DNA of 64,000 nt, taken from assembly GCA_963771275.1 (NCBI GenBank), contig CAVYSW010000005.1:122460-186459 (forward strand). Direction: 5' to 3'. Both the position numbers and the translations under genes were made by a program. Below are positions 47,813 to 60,253 of this stretch, in pieces (the first letter of the stretch is position 1; every line of letters begins with the position of its first letter). The notes below the pieces were generated by a model. It searched no databases. It worked only from the letters and a program-made list of their open reading frames with translations, and was not told where the DNA came from. The DNA is from an uncultured Gemmatimonadales bacterium (lineage in GTDB: Bacteria; Gemmatimonadota; Gemmatimonadetes; Gemmatimonadales; GWC2-71-9).

Positions 47813-49341
47813 GCTCCCGCCTCCCGGTCGTCGGTCATCGAGGCGCGGTGGCCCAGCAGCGACCCCGCAGCCGCGGCCAGACCGGGGCCGCCGGGCGCCG
47901 GACCCGGCTCCGGTCCCGCCTGGATCTTGTGGTTGAGCACGACGATCCACAGCGCGCCGAGCAGGAGGTAGATCAGGCCGAACAGGACCATCGAGCCCAG
48001 GACCTGGGAGCCGGTGACCACCTCGCTCACGGCGTCGGCCGTGCGGAGCCCGGCCACCACCTCCCGCCGGGTGCCGTCGGGCTGCTCGAGCGTTGCCGTC
48101 TCGTAGCGCAGGTAACCGTCGGCGTCGAGCGCGGGCGCGCCGTCGGCGCCGCGCACGACCGGCGGCTGCACGATCCAGGGTTGCCGCCCCACCTCCGCGG
48201 CCACCCAGCCAAGCTGGTTCGCGAGGACGGCGCCGCCGACCGCGAACACGAACACCCACAGCAGCCAGCGCGTCGCGAACAGGCGCCCGCGCCAGCGCAG
48301 CAACGCGGCCAGCAGCGTGAGCGCGATGAACGCGGAGCCCAGACCGATCATCAGGTGATACGACGCGAACGGGACCAGCACCGGAGGCCGGTCTTCCGGC
48401 CGTACCCGGTCGAGGCCGAGCACGGGGGTGCTGAAGTCGTCGAACAGCAGGAAGCTCAGCACGCCGGGGAGGGCCACGTCGTAGTGGACGCGGTGCGCGG
48501 CTTCGTCGGGCAGCCCGAACAGCGTGAAGTCGCCGCGGCCGCTGGTGAACTGCGCCTCGAACGCCGCCAGCTTGGCCGGCTGGTAGCGGTAGACGTTCCG
48601 CGACTGGAAATGGCCGCTCACGAGGGCCCCGAGGCTCGCCAGCGTGCCGAGCAGCAACGCGCCACCGAACGAACGGCGGGCGAAGTCCTCGTGCCTGCGC
48701 TTGAGCAGATACCAGGCGCTGATGCTCATGATGAAGAAGGCGCCGACGATGAAGCTGCCGAGCCACACGTGGACCAGGCGGTGCACGGTGGACGGGTTGA
48801 ACACCAGCGCCCAGAAGTCCGTGATCTCGGCGCGCAGCAGATTCGCGCCGCCCCGGGCCACCTGCACGAGGTGGTGGCCGGCCGGCGTCTGCTGCCAGCT
48901 GTTCGCCACGACGATCCAGACCGAGGAGAAGATCGAGCCCAGCGCCACCATCACGGTCGAGAAGAAGTGCATCCTTGGGCCCACGCGGTCCCAGCCGAAC
49001 ACGAGCACCGCGAGGAACCCGGACTCGAGGAAGAACGCGAAGATGCCCTCCGCGGCGAGCGCGGAGCCGAACACGTCGCCGACGAAGCGGGAGTACACGG
49101 CCCAGTTGGTGCCGAACTGGAACTCCATGACGATCCCGGTCGCGACGCCGACGGCGAAGTTGAGCGCGAAGATCTTCGTCCAGAACCGGGCGGCCGTCTC
49201 GTAGATCGCCGCGCCCGTCCGCAGGAACATTCCCTCCAGGTACACCAGCACCACGCCCATCCCGATGGTAAGGGGCGGGAACAGATAGTGGAACATGATT
49301 GTGAGCGCGAACTGCAGGCGTGACAGCAGCACGACGTCCAT
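47809..49341 (-). CDS. cydA: Cytochrome bd ubiquinol oxidase subunit I
   Basis: [43 protein letters not shown]. Confidence 0.97.
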   Translation of the reverse strand: MDVVLLSRLQFALTIMFHYLFPPLTIGMGVVLVYLEGMFLRTGAAIYETAARFWTKIFALNFAVGVATGIVMEFQFGTNWAVYSRFVGDVFGSALAAEGIFAFFLESGFLAVLVFGWDRVGPRMHFFSTVMVALGSIFSSVWIVVANSWQQTPAGHHLVQVARGGANLLRAEITDFWALVFNPSTVHRLVHVWLGSFIVGAFFIMSISAWYLLKRRHEDFARRSFGGALLLGTLASLGALVSGHFQSRNVYRYQPAKLAAFEAQFTSGRGDFTLFGLPDEAAHRVHYDVALPGVLSFLLFDDFSTPVLGLDRVRPEDRPPVLVPFASYHLMIGLGSAFIALTLLAALLRWRGRLFATRWLLWVFVFAVGGAVLANQLGWVAAEVGRQPWIVQPPVVRGADGAPALDADGYLRYETATLEQPDGTRREVVAGLRTADAVSEVVTGSQVLGSMVLFGLIYLLLGALWIVVLNHKIQAGPEPGPAPGGPGLAAAAGSLLGHRASMTDDREAGA

Positions 49342-49412
49342 GAGACACTCTGCCGGGCATCGAGACCGCTAGGAGGATACCCACGGGATCCGGCCACGGC
49401 CACATCCAGCCG

Positions 49413-49450
49413 GAAAACGGCAGGGGCGGGAGGAATGGTCCTCCCGCCCC
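49413..49450 (-). terminator. Intrinsic terminator after the amino acid permease gene
   Basis: Perfect 12-bp stem ggggcgggagga/tcctcccgcccc followed on the minus strand by tgccgttttcc. Confidence 0.7.
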
Positions 49451-49474
49451 CGGCGGCGACACGCGGTTACGGCG

Positions 49475-50974
49475 TCAGGCCGAGCCCGCCTCCCGCTCCT
49501 GCTGCAGCACACTGTGGTGCCTGCCGTACCCGAAGTAGATCGTGAGGCCGATGAGCAGCCAGACCACGAGTCGGATCCACGTGTCCATCGGGAGGGTCAG
49601 CATCAGCCCGAGGCAGCAGAGAATGCCCATGACCGGGACGAACGGCACCCACGGCGTGCGGAACGGCCGGTCGAGATCCGGCCGGGTCCGGCGCAGCACG
49701 AGCACGCCGGCGCACACGAGCACGAACGCGAGCAGGGTGCCGATGTTGACCAGCTGGCCGAGCAGCTGGAGCGGCAGGAGGCCGGTGGCCACGCCCACCG
49801 CGATGCCGGTGAAGATGGTGGAGAGGTACGGCGTCCGGAATCGCGGGTGCACCTGGCCCGCCCACTTGCCGAGCAGACCGTCGCGGGACATCGAGTAGAA
49901 CACGCGCGACTGGCCGAGCAGCATCACCAGGATGACCGAGCCCAATCCGAGCACGGCACCCACGTCCACCGACACGCGGACCCATGCCGGGGCGCCGATC
50001 TTCTCCATCGCGTAGGCCATGGGGGCGGGGAGGTTGAGTTCCCCGAACGGCACCATCCCCACGAGAACCGCCGACACCACGACGTACAGCACCGTACAGA
50101 TCGCCAGCGACCCGAGGATGCCGATCGGCATGTCTCGCTGGGGATTCCGCGCCTCCTGGGCCGCCGTCGAGACGGCGTCGAATCCGATGTAGGCAAAGAA
50201 CACCAGGCCCGCGCCGCGCAACACGCCCGACCAGCCGAACGTGCCCCACTCGCCGGTGTTAGCCGGAATGAACGGCTTCCAGTTGGCGGTGTTGATGTGT
50301 CCCAGCCCGACCGCCACGATGAGCAGGATGATCGTGACCTTGAGGATCACGATGACATTGTTGACCGTCGCCGACTCCTTGATGCCCACCACCAGGATGG
50401 TCGACATCAGCGCCACGATGAACATGGCTGGCGCGTTGATGATCGCGCCGGTCCAGTTGAGGCCCCCATGCGCGCAGCCGGCCACCGCCGCCTGGACGTT
50501 GGCGCCCGTGCACCACTGGAACGGCGCATTGGAGAAATGGGGGGGGATGTGCAGGTTGAACTGCTGGAGCAGGCTCACCATGTGCCCCGACCAGCCCACG
50601 CCGACGGTGGCGGCTCCGGCCGCATACTCGAGTACGAGGTCCCAGCCGATGATCCAGGCGACGAACTCCCCCATGGTCGCGTACGAATACGTGTATGCGC
50701 TGCCCGCCACCGGCACGGCGCTCGCCATCTCGGCATAGCAGAGGCCCGCGAACGCGCACGCGATGCCGACGAGCACCATGGAGATCGGCACCGCCGGTCC
50801 AGCATGGAGCGCCGCTGCCTGCCCGGTGAGCACGAAGATCCCGGCGCCGATGATTGCACCGATGCCGAGCGTCGTCAGGTTGAGCGGCCCGAGCGTGCGT
50901 TTCAGCGAGCGCTCGCCCCCGCCTTCAGCCTCGGCGCGGAGCTTGGTGATGGACTTGGTGGCCCACAAGCTCAT
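49475..50974 (-). CDS. Amino acid permease (APC superfamily, CAT-like)
   Basis: GIGAIIGAGIF, GSAYTY, FFAYIGFDAV, NIGTL, RPFRTP. Confidence 0.93.
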   Translation of the reverse strand: MSLWATKSITKLRAEAEGGGERSLKRTLGPLNLTTLGIGAIIGAGIFVLTGQAAALHAGPAVPISMVLVGIACAFAGLCYAEMASAVPVAGSAYTYSYATMGEFVAWIIGWDLVLEYAAGAATVGVGWSGHMVSLLQQFNLHIPPHFSNAPFQWCTGANVQAAVAGCAHGGLNWTGAIINAPAMFIVALMSTILVVGIKESATVNNVIVILKVTIILLIVAVGLGHINTANWKPFIPANTGEWGTFGWSGVLRGAGLVFFAYIGFDAVSTAAQEARNPQRDMPIGILGSLAICTVLYVVVSAVLVGMVPFGELNLPAPMAYAMEKIGAPAWVRVSVDVGAVLGLGSVILVMLLGQSRVFYSMSRDGLLGKWAGQVHPRFRTPYLSTIFTGIAVGVATGLLPLQLLGQLVNIGTLLAFVLVCAGVLVLRRTRPDLDRPFRTPWVPFVPVMGILCCLGLMLTLPMDTWIRLVVWLLIGLTIYFGYGRHHSVLQQEREAGSA

Positions 50975-51095
50975 ATGGAGACTCACAGTGTTGGAAATGG
51001 GGCGCGGTGGTCGCCGCGCGTTCCCCTGGCCGGGGTGCCGCCCGCGATGGCGGCGGGGAAGTCGTTCGGTAGACTAGAGACTGGGGGGAGAAGCG

Positions 51096-54245
<3,150 letters not shown>

Positions 54246-54387
54246 GCCGGGCACTCTCCCGAGAGTCGCGCGAACTATACGACGGTTGGGGAGCGCCGAC
54301 CAGACGGGGGCGGAGTTCACCCGGAATTCAACTCCCCTTCACGGGCGCTACCCGACACTCCGTCTACCGTTCCCCCGGAGCCCCCCC

Positions 54388-55344
54388 ATGCTCTGGCTCG
54401 CCCTGATTCCGGGCCTGCCGCTCCTGCTGCTCGCCATCCTGTGGCTGATCGGCGAGCGCGGGCACCTGGCCCTCCCGTCCACCAGAGCCGCGCTGCGCCA
54501 GAGCCGCCGCGACGCGTCCGCCGGCGGACGGTCCCGCGGCGGCCTGGTCAGGGCCCTGCACGGGTACGTCTACGGGCGCTGGACCGAGCAGTACATCCGC
54601 CTGGCCCGGCGGGTGGTCCCCAGGATGTCGCCGGCCGCGAAGCGCACGTGGGCAGACCACTACCACGGCAAGGTGCTCCCCACCGAGCTCGCCTGTGCGA
54701 TCATCAAGCTCGACCACGACATCAAGCGCACCGACCTCGAGCGGATCATCCCGTATCCCACGGCCCGGGACATCCTGCTCTCGGGGCCCCCCAGCGTCAC
54801 GCTGCTCGACTGCCCGTGCCGCGCGGGGCGGCCCGACCCCTGTCGGCCGATCCAGGTGTGCATGCTGGTGGGCGGCGGTGATTTCGTGCTCGACCATCGG
54901 CCGGGACGCGCCCGCCGCGTGACCCAGGAGGAAGCGCTCGACCTGCTTGCCCGGGAGCACGAGCGCAGCCACGTGCACACGGCCTATTTCAAGGACGCGT
55001 GCGACAACCGTTTCTATGCCATCTGCAACTGCTGTAAGTGCTGCTGCGGCGGGCTCGAGGCCATGGTCAAGCATGGCGTGCCGATGGTGGCCTCGTCGGG
55101 CTACGTGGCGGAGGTCGACGAAGGGGCGTGCATCGGGTGCGGCGACTGCGCGGAGGCCTGTCCGTTCGGCGCCATGACGGTCCCATATCGGGCCGAGGTC
55201 AGCTGGGAGAAGTGCATGGGGTGCGGGGTGTGCGAAGGGAAGTGCGCCACCGGAGCCATCGCGCTCGTGCTCGATGCGCGGAAGGGCCTCCCGCTGGATG
55301 TGCGGCGGATCGGGGCCGCGAGTCCCGCTAGGGTGCCAGGCTGA
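54388..55344 (+). CDS. Membrane-anchored 4Fe-4S dicluster protein with extra Cys cluster
   Basis: N-terminal TM helix; CPCR, CNCCKCCC; CIGCGDCAEACP and CMGCGVCEGKC. Confidence 0.85.
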   Translation: MLWLALIPGLPLLLLAILWLIGERGHLALPSTRAALRQSRRDASAGGRSRGGLVRALHGYVYGRWTEQYIRLARRVVPRMSPAAKRTWADHYHGKVLPTELACAIIKLDHDIKRTDLERIIPYPTARDILLSGPPSVTLLDCPCRAGRPDPCRPIQVCMLVGGGDFVLDHRPGRARRVTQEEALDLLAREHERSHVHTAYFKDACDNRFYAICNCCKCCCGGLEAMVKHGVPMVASSGYVAEVDEGACIGCGDCAEACPFGAMTVPYRAEVSWEKCMGCGVCEGKCATGAIALVLDARKGLPLDVRRIGAASPARVPG

Positions 55345-56149
55345 GCCGGTAATTCGGCCTGAGATACAGCAGCCCGAATCCCATCCGGCGCAGGTTGTGT
55401 GACGACGGGTTCGGCTGCTCCGGCGTGTCCTCCGCCGTTTCCGACACGAACCACCGGCACCCCCGGGCGATCCCGTCGCGGAGCCGCGCGGCGATCAGCG
55501 CGCTCTGCGCGCCGCGCTTCCGGGCCTCCGGGAGCGTCGCTGCCCAACTCAGGTGCCCCGCCTCCCCCGTGAAGAAGACGCTGGCGGCTCCGACCGGCCG
55601 GTCGCCGTCGAGCGCGAGATAGTGCAGCGTGTCGGCGTGCCCGACGCTCTCCGCGAGCCAGTCCTGGAGCGGGGCGGGGAACTGAAACGCCGTGCCCACG
55701 ATGCCGGCAAAGTCCGCCGCGCGTTCGGTCCCGATCCGGACGATCGCAAGCTCCGTGGCGGGGTCGGGAGGTGGGCTCGCATCGCGCCACAGCTTCATCC
55801 AGTTGTTGTGATGCACGAAACCACGCGCGGTCAGCCAGTCCGGAATGCCGGCGGGCCGGGCGGCGGGGCTCACCTGAATGAAGAACCGGGGACTCCCCGC
55901 GGCGCGGTAGACGCGCGTGATCTCGTCGATCTGCGATTCTGTCGCGGGCTCCCCCATGCCGAGCCCGATGGCGCGGTTGAACGAGAGCACGTCGATTCGT
56001 GCCGCGATCGCGACCACGGCGCCGCCGACGTGACGGAGCTGCACGCCCGCGGCGCGCTCCACGGCGGGGGACGCGGTGCGGTAGAGCGCCGCGGCGTGCT
56101 GGGCGTCGACGTGCTCGGCGAGCAGGGCGAGACGACGGGCTTCGTGCAT
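55328..56149 (-). CDS. GNAT family N-acetyltransferase
   Basis: ATLPEARKRGAQ acetyl-CoA motif; NLRRMGF. Confidence 0.85.
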   Translation of the reverse strand: MHEARRLALLAEHVDAQHAAALYRTASPAVERAAGVQLRHVGGAVVAIAARIDVLSFNRAIGLGMGEPATESQIDEITRVYRAAGSPRFFIQVSPAARPAGIPDWLTARGFVHHNNWMKLWRDASPPPDPATELAIVRIGTERAADFAGIVGTAFQFPAPLQDWLAESVGHADTLHYLALDGDRPVGAASVFFTGEAGHLSWAATLPEARKRGAQSALIAARLRDGIARGCRWFVSETAEDTPEQPNPSSHNLRRMGFGLLYLRPNYRLSLAP

Positions 56150-56288
56150 GGTCCTGCCCAAGGTGCGATGCGGCGGGCGCGGGCGCCAGGCGGACCTGAC
56201 TTCCGGACCCGCCCAGTCTATTCTTCCCGGACCCCCGTCGCGCCGGCCGGCGTGGTTCCGGGGGCGGAAACTCGGCGAGGGAGCTGGC

Positions 56289-56819
56289 ATGAAGGGAAGC
56301 ATGATTCGACTGACATCCCTGGCGACGATCGTCGTCGCCGCTGCGTGCGGGCCCTCGCAGCGGGACGCGGAGACGGCCATCAAGGAAGCGGAAGAGGCCA
56401 TCACCGCGCAGCACGCGGAGGCGCTGCGCTATGTGCCGGAGGCGTTCAAAGCGGTGATGGCGGGCTACGATACGGCGAAGACGGCGTTCGACGCCAAGGA
56501 CTACAAGAAAGCCGTCACGGCGGCGCATCAAGTGACGGCGTACGCCCGACGCGACCTGTCGGCAGCCCTGATGCGCGCCAAGCAGCAGGTGTCGGACCGG
56601 CTCACGGTGCTGCGGGACAGCGTCCAGCGGATGATCACGGCGCTCGACAAGCGGGTTGGCCCGCGGGGTCAGACCCGCGCCGCGGTCGACTCCCTCGCGG
56701 CGAGCATGCGGATGGCGCTCGCCGCAGAGCAGCGCGGCGACGTGGCCGACGCCCTGCACGCGGTGATGCGGGTGCAGACGGACGCCGCCGCCCTGTCGCA
56801 GAAGGTGGGGCTGAAGTAG
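56289..56819 (+). CDS. Hypothetical all-helical lipoprotein
   Basis: GGAG before ATG, VVAAAC lipobox, amphipathic helices. Confidence 0.7.
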   Translation: MKGSMIRLTSLATIVVAAACGPSQRDAETAIKEAEEAITAQHAEALRYVPEAFKAVMAGYDTAKTAFDAKDYKKAVTAAHQVTAYARRDLSAALMRAKQQVSDRLTVLRDSVQRMITALDKRVGPRGQTRAAVDSLAASMRMALAAEQRGDVADALHAVMRVQTDAAALSQKVGLK

Positions 56820-56969
56820 CGGGGAGCGCGACCGCCGTCGCCTCGCGCTGCTCGATCAGCACACGTCCTTCGTGGGCGTTCCAGATACAGGGTTGGTGCA
56901 CCCGGACCGAAGGCCACGCCTGGGGGGGCTTTCATCGACCTGTCCTCCCGTGCAGGTTACGCGCTGTCA

Positions 56970-58016
56970 ATGAGCTGGCTTCTCGGTCTCTTCGTCGTCG
57001 GGGTGGTCGTCCTCCTCGTTCTGGACCTGGGGTTCGTCCACCGCGAAGCCCAGGTCCTGCCGCTCAGGCAGGCGCTGGTCCGTGCGGCCGTCTGGGTGGG
57101 CCTGGGACTCTCCTTCGCGCTCGTGGTGTTCTTTGCCTACGGGCACCACTGGGCCGGACTCGGCATGAACCCGGATCCGGTGGACGGCCTGGTGAATACC
57201 GGGGCCAGCGCGACGGTGAAGTACCTCACGGGTTACGTCGTGGAGGAGTCGCTCTCCGTCGACAACCTGTTCGTGATGGCGGTGATCTTCAGCTATTTCC
57301 GCGTGCCGCCCGCGCTGCAGCACCGCGTGCTGTTCTGGGGCATCCTCGGTGCCATCGTGATGCGCGGCGGCATGATCGGCGTGGGGGTCGCGCTGATCAC
57401 GCGGTTCCGGTGGGTGCTGTACGTCTTCGGTGGGCTGCTGATCATCACGGCAATCCGGATGCTGCGGATGAAGGCCGAGCACACGGACCCGGGCCGCAAC
57501 GCGATGGTGCGGCTCGCCCGCAGGTTCTTCCCGGTCACCGCGGACTTCCACGGCAAGCGCTTCGTGATCCGCGCCGGTCCCCGCTACGCGGCGTCCGGCG
57601 ACGCGGCGGTCATGCGGGCGAAGCGCGGTCTGGTGATGCTCACGCCGCTCGCGATCGCGCTGATCACGATCGAGACCACCGACCTGCTGTTCGCCCTCGA
57701 CTCGATTCCGGCGATCTTCGCGATCACGTCGGACCCGTTCATCGTGTTCACGAGCAATGTGTGCGCCGTCATGGGCCTGCGGTCCCTGTACTCGGCGCTG
57801 GCGCATCTGCTGAACCGGTTCCGCTTCCTCAACGTCGCGCTCGCGATCGTGCTGATGCTGGTCGGGCTCAAGATGCTGGCGTCGCAGTGGCTGGTAGAGC
57901 GCGTCGGCCACGGGTTCACGTTCTACTTCCTGGGCGTGGTCGTGGTCGTGCTCGGGGGGGGGATCGTCCTGTCGATGGTCGTGGACCGCCACCCGCGGCG
58001 GCGGGCGCGAGGCTAG
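56970..58016 (+). CDS. TerC/Alx family membrane protein
   Basis: EESLSVDNLFV, QHRVLFWGILGA, DLLFALDSIPA, FTSN..A.MGLRSLY. Confidence 0.93.
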   Translation: MSWLLGLFVVGVVVLLVLDLGFVHREAQVLPLRQALVRAAVWVGLGLSFALVVFFAYGHHWAGLGMNPDPVDGLVNTGASATVKYLTGYVVEESLSVDNLFVMAVIFSYFRVPPALQHRVLFWGILGAIVMRGGMIGVGVALITRFRWVLYVFGGLLIITAIRMLRMKAEHTDPGRNAMVRLARRFFPVTADFHGKRFVIRAGPRYAASGDAAVMRAKRGLVMLTPLAIALITIETTDLLFALDSIPAIFAITSDPFIVFTSNVCAVMGLRSLYSALAHLLNRFRFLNVALAIVLMLVGLKMLASQWLVERVGHGFTFYFLGVVVVVLGGGIVLSMVVDRHPRRRARG

Positions 58017-58031
58017 TGCGGCTGGCCGCTT

Positions 58032-58128
58032 CACCGCAGAGACCGCGGAGAAGGCAGAGATGTAGATGGACGAGCGTGCCGTGAGTCTCCCCACAACGCC
58101 CTCTGGGCGCTCCGCGTACTCTGCGGTG
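58032..58128. repeat. Imperfect inverted repeat built from 9-bp units (approx. nnCGCRGAG) x3 per arm
   Basis: caccgcagagaccgcggagaaggcagag (58032-58059) versus ctctgggcgctccgcgtactctgcggtg (58101-58128). Confidence 0.8.
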
Positions 58129-58157
58129 CACGCTAGCCGACCGTCATGAGGACCACC

Positions 58158-59814
58158 ATGCGTACGACCGACTCCTGCGGCCCGCGATTCCTCCTGAGCG
58201 CGGTGCTCTGCGTATCGCTGGCGAGCGTCGCCGCCGCCCAGACCGCCCCGCTCACCGTCGCCGAGCGGAGCGGCTTCACGGCCACCTCGCGCCACGCGGA
58301 CGTGATGGCGTTCATCGCCGAGCTGCAGCGCCTCTCCCCGCGGGTTCGCCTGGAGCGGATGGCGACCAGCGCCGAGGGGCGTGAGCTGCCGCTGCTCGTG
58401 ATCGGCGACCCGGCGCCCGCTTCGCCCGCCGACCTGCGGGGCGATGACCGCGCGGTCGTGTACTTCCAGGCCGACATCCACGCCGGCGAGGTCGAGGGCA
58501 AGGAGGCGGCGCAGATGCTGGCGCGCGACCTGGCGCTCGGCAAAACGCGGACGAACTACCTCGACCGCCTCGTGATCCTGATCGCGCCGATCTTCAATCC
58601 GGACGGCAACGAGCGGATCAGCACGGAGAACCGCCGCAACCAGCGCGGGCCGGACCAGGGGGTTGGGGAGCGCTACAACGGGCAGAGCCTCGACTTGAAC
58701 CGCGACGGCATGAAGCTCGAGACGCCGGAAGTGCGCGGGCTCGTGGGCGTGCTCAACCGGTGGGACCCCGCGTTCTTCCTCGACAGCCACACGCACAACG
58801 GATCGTACCACCAGGAGCCGGTCACCTGGGTGTGGGGGCTCAACCCCAACGGCGACTCGACGATCCTGGCCTGGGCGTCCGACATCCTGTTCCCGGCGAT
58901 CACGGCCCGGATGCGCGACGCGTACGGCATCTTCACCGTGCCGCACGGCGACTTCGTGGACCCGCGCGACCCCGCCAAGGGCTGGATCCCGCTGGGCCCG
59001 GAGCCGCACTACCTGTCCAACTACGTGGGACTCCGGAACCGCATCTCGATCCTGAACGAGCAGTACCCGTACGTGGATTTCGAGACGCGCGTGCGCGGCG
59101 CGTACGCCGTGTTCCTCGCGTTCCTCGACTACCTGCATGACCATCGGGACGAGGTCGTCTCGCTCGTCCAGGGCGCCGACCGGCGGGCCATCGCGCGCGG
59201 GCTCGCGGCGGGCGGCGGGTTCACCGTTGCCACGGACACCCAGGCGATCGCGCAGCGCCTCACGATCCGGGGCTACGAGATGGAAGTGACGGCGGGTCCG
59301 GGCGGCCGCCCCCGCGCGCGCCCTACCGAGCGGAAGCGCACGTATGAGAACGTGCCCTATCTCGCGCGGTTCGCGCCGGCGCGCACCGTCCCGTACCCGC
59401 GCGGCTACCTGATCCCCGTCGCGGACGATCACGTGCTCGAGAACCTGCTCGCGCACGGCATCGTGGTCGAGCGGCTGCTCGCAGCCGGCGAAGCTCACGG
59501 TCGAGGGATTCACCGTCAGCGAGATCACGGGTGGCCAGCGGCCGAACCAGGGTCATTACATGACCGCCGTGACCGGCGCATACGCCGCCGTCGAGCGCGA
59601 GTTTCCGGCGGGGACGCTGTTCGTGCCGACCGCGCAGGTGCTGGGACCACTCGCGGCGGCGCTGCTCGAGCCGGAGAGCGACGACGGACTCCTGGTGTGG
59701 AACTTCTTCGACCGGTATCTCGCCGCCCAGTTCGGTGGCGGGGCGCAGGCGTGTCCGGTCTACAAGCTCCACGAGCCGGCGCGGCTCGTGACGGAGCGGG
59801 TCGACGCACGCTGA
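58158..59814 (+). pseudogene. M14 zinc carboxypeptidase with frameshift at about 59481 (may be a sequencing error)
   Basis: IHAGEVEGKE, NPDGNE, DLNRD, DSH; protein-like sequence continues in another frame as QPAKLTVEGF...LLEPESDDGL..WNFFD to stop at 59814. Confidence 0.8.
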
Positions 59815-60056
59815 CCACCCCCAAGCGCGTCGCCTTCCCGACAGCGGGCCCGATGCGATCGGGGTGGTCGGGTCGCGACGGGTTTGAGGGCTGACAGCGG
59901 CCACTCGGCGCGTTCTGCCCGATGAGACGGGCGGTGGCCGACCGGGCGTCGCCGTTGCGCGACAGATGGTGCCGAGTAGCCGCTTGAGCGGCGTCCTACA
60001 CGACCCAACCGACCGCGCGCCGCCGATCCTGGCTTGATCCGGGGCCCGGAACGACA

Positions 60057-60098
60057 ACGGCGGGCCGCGGCAGCCCGTGGGGCGCCGCAACCCGCCGT
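60057..60098. terminator. GC-rich hairpin just downstream of the pepD fragment stop
   Basis: acggcggg..gcggc.gccc / gggc.gccgc..cccgccgt. Confidence 0.5.
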
Positions 60099-60121
60099 GA
60101 TCCACTCTCTTGGAGCCGTTC

Positions 60122-60253
60122 TCAGTTCACGTTCTTCAGGATCGCCAACAGGTAGTTCCAGAACTTCTCCACCGTGTCGATGAAGATCTTCTCGTCGGGC
60201 GAGTGCACGCCCTGGAGCGTTGGGCCGAACGACAGCATGTCCATGCCCGGCAT
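60122..60253 (-). pseudogene. pepD: Isolated 3' fragment of aminoacyl-histidine dipeptidase (M20C)
   Basis: Minus-strand translation MPGMDMLSFGPTLQGVHSPDEKIFIDTVEKFWNYLLAILKNVN* matches the PepD C-terminal signature; absent from the ORF track. Confidence 0.8.

Noticed and set aside
46796..49462. 888-aa ORF suggesting an extended or fused cydB
   Set aside because: The N-terminal part is an alternative frame over cydA; real cydB begins at GTG 47812 overlapping the cydA stop.
56820..56969. Possible yybP-ykoY manganese riboswitch upstream of the TerC/Alx gene
   Set aside because: Context fits and small hairpins exist, but I cannot find the conserved core motifs; an Infernal/Rfam scan would be needed.
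60174..60251. Listed N-terminus of the RHS ORF as a real start
   Set aside because: It is the antisense of the pepD 3' fragment, with no RBS or RHS character.
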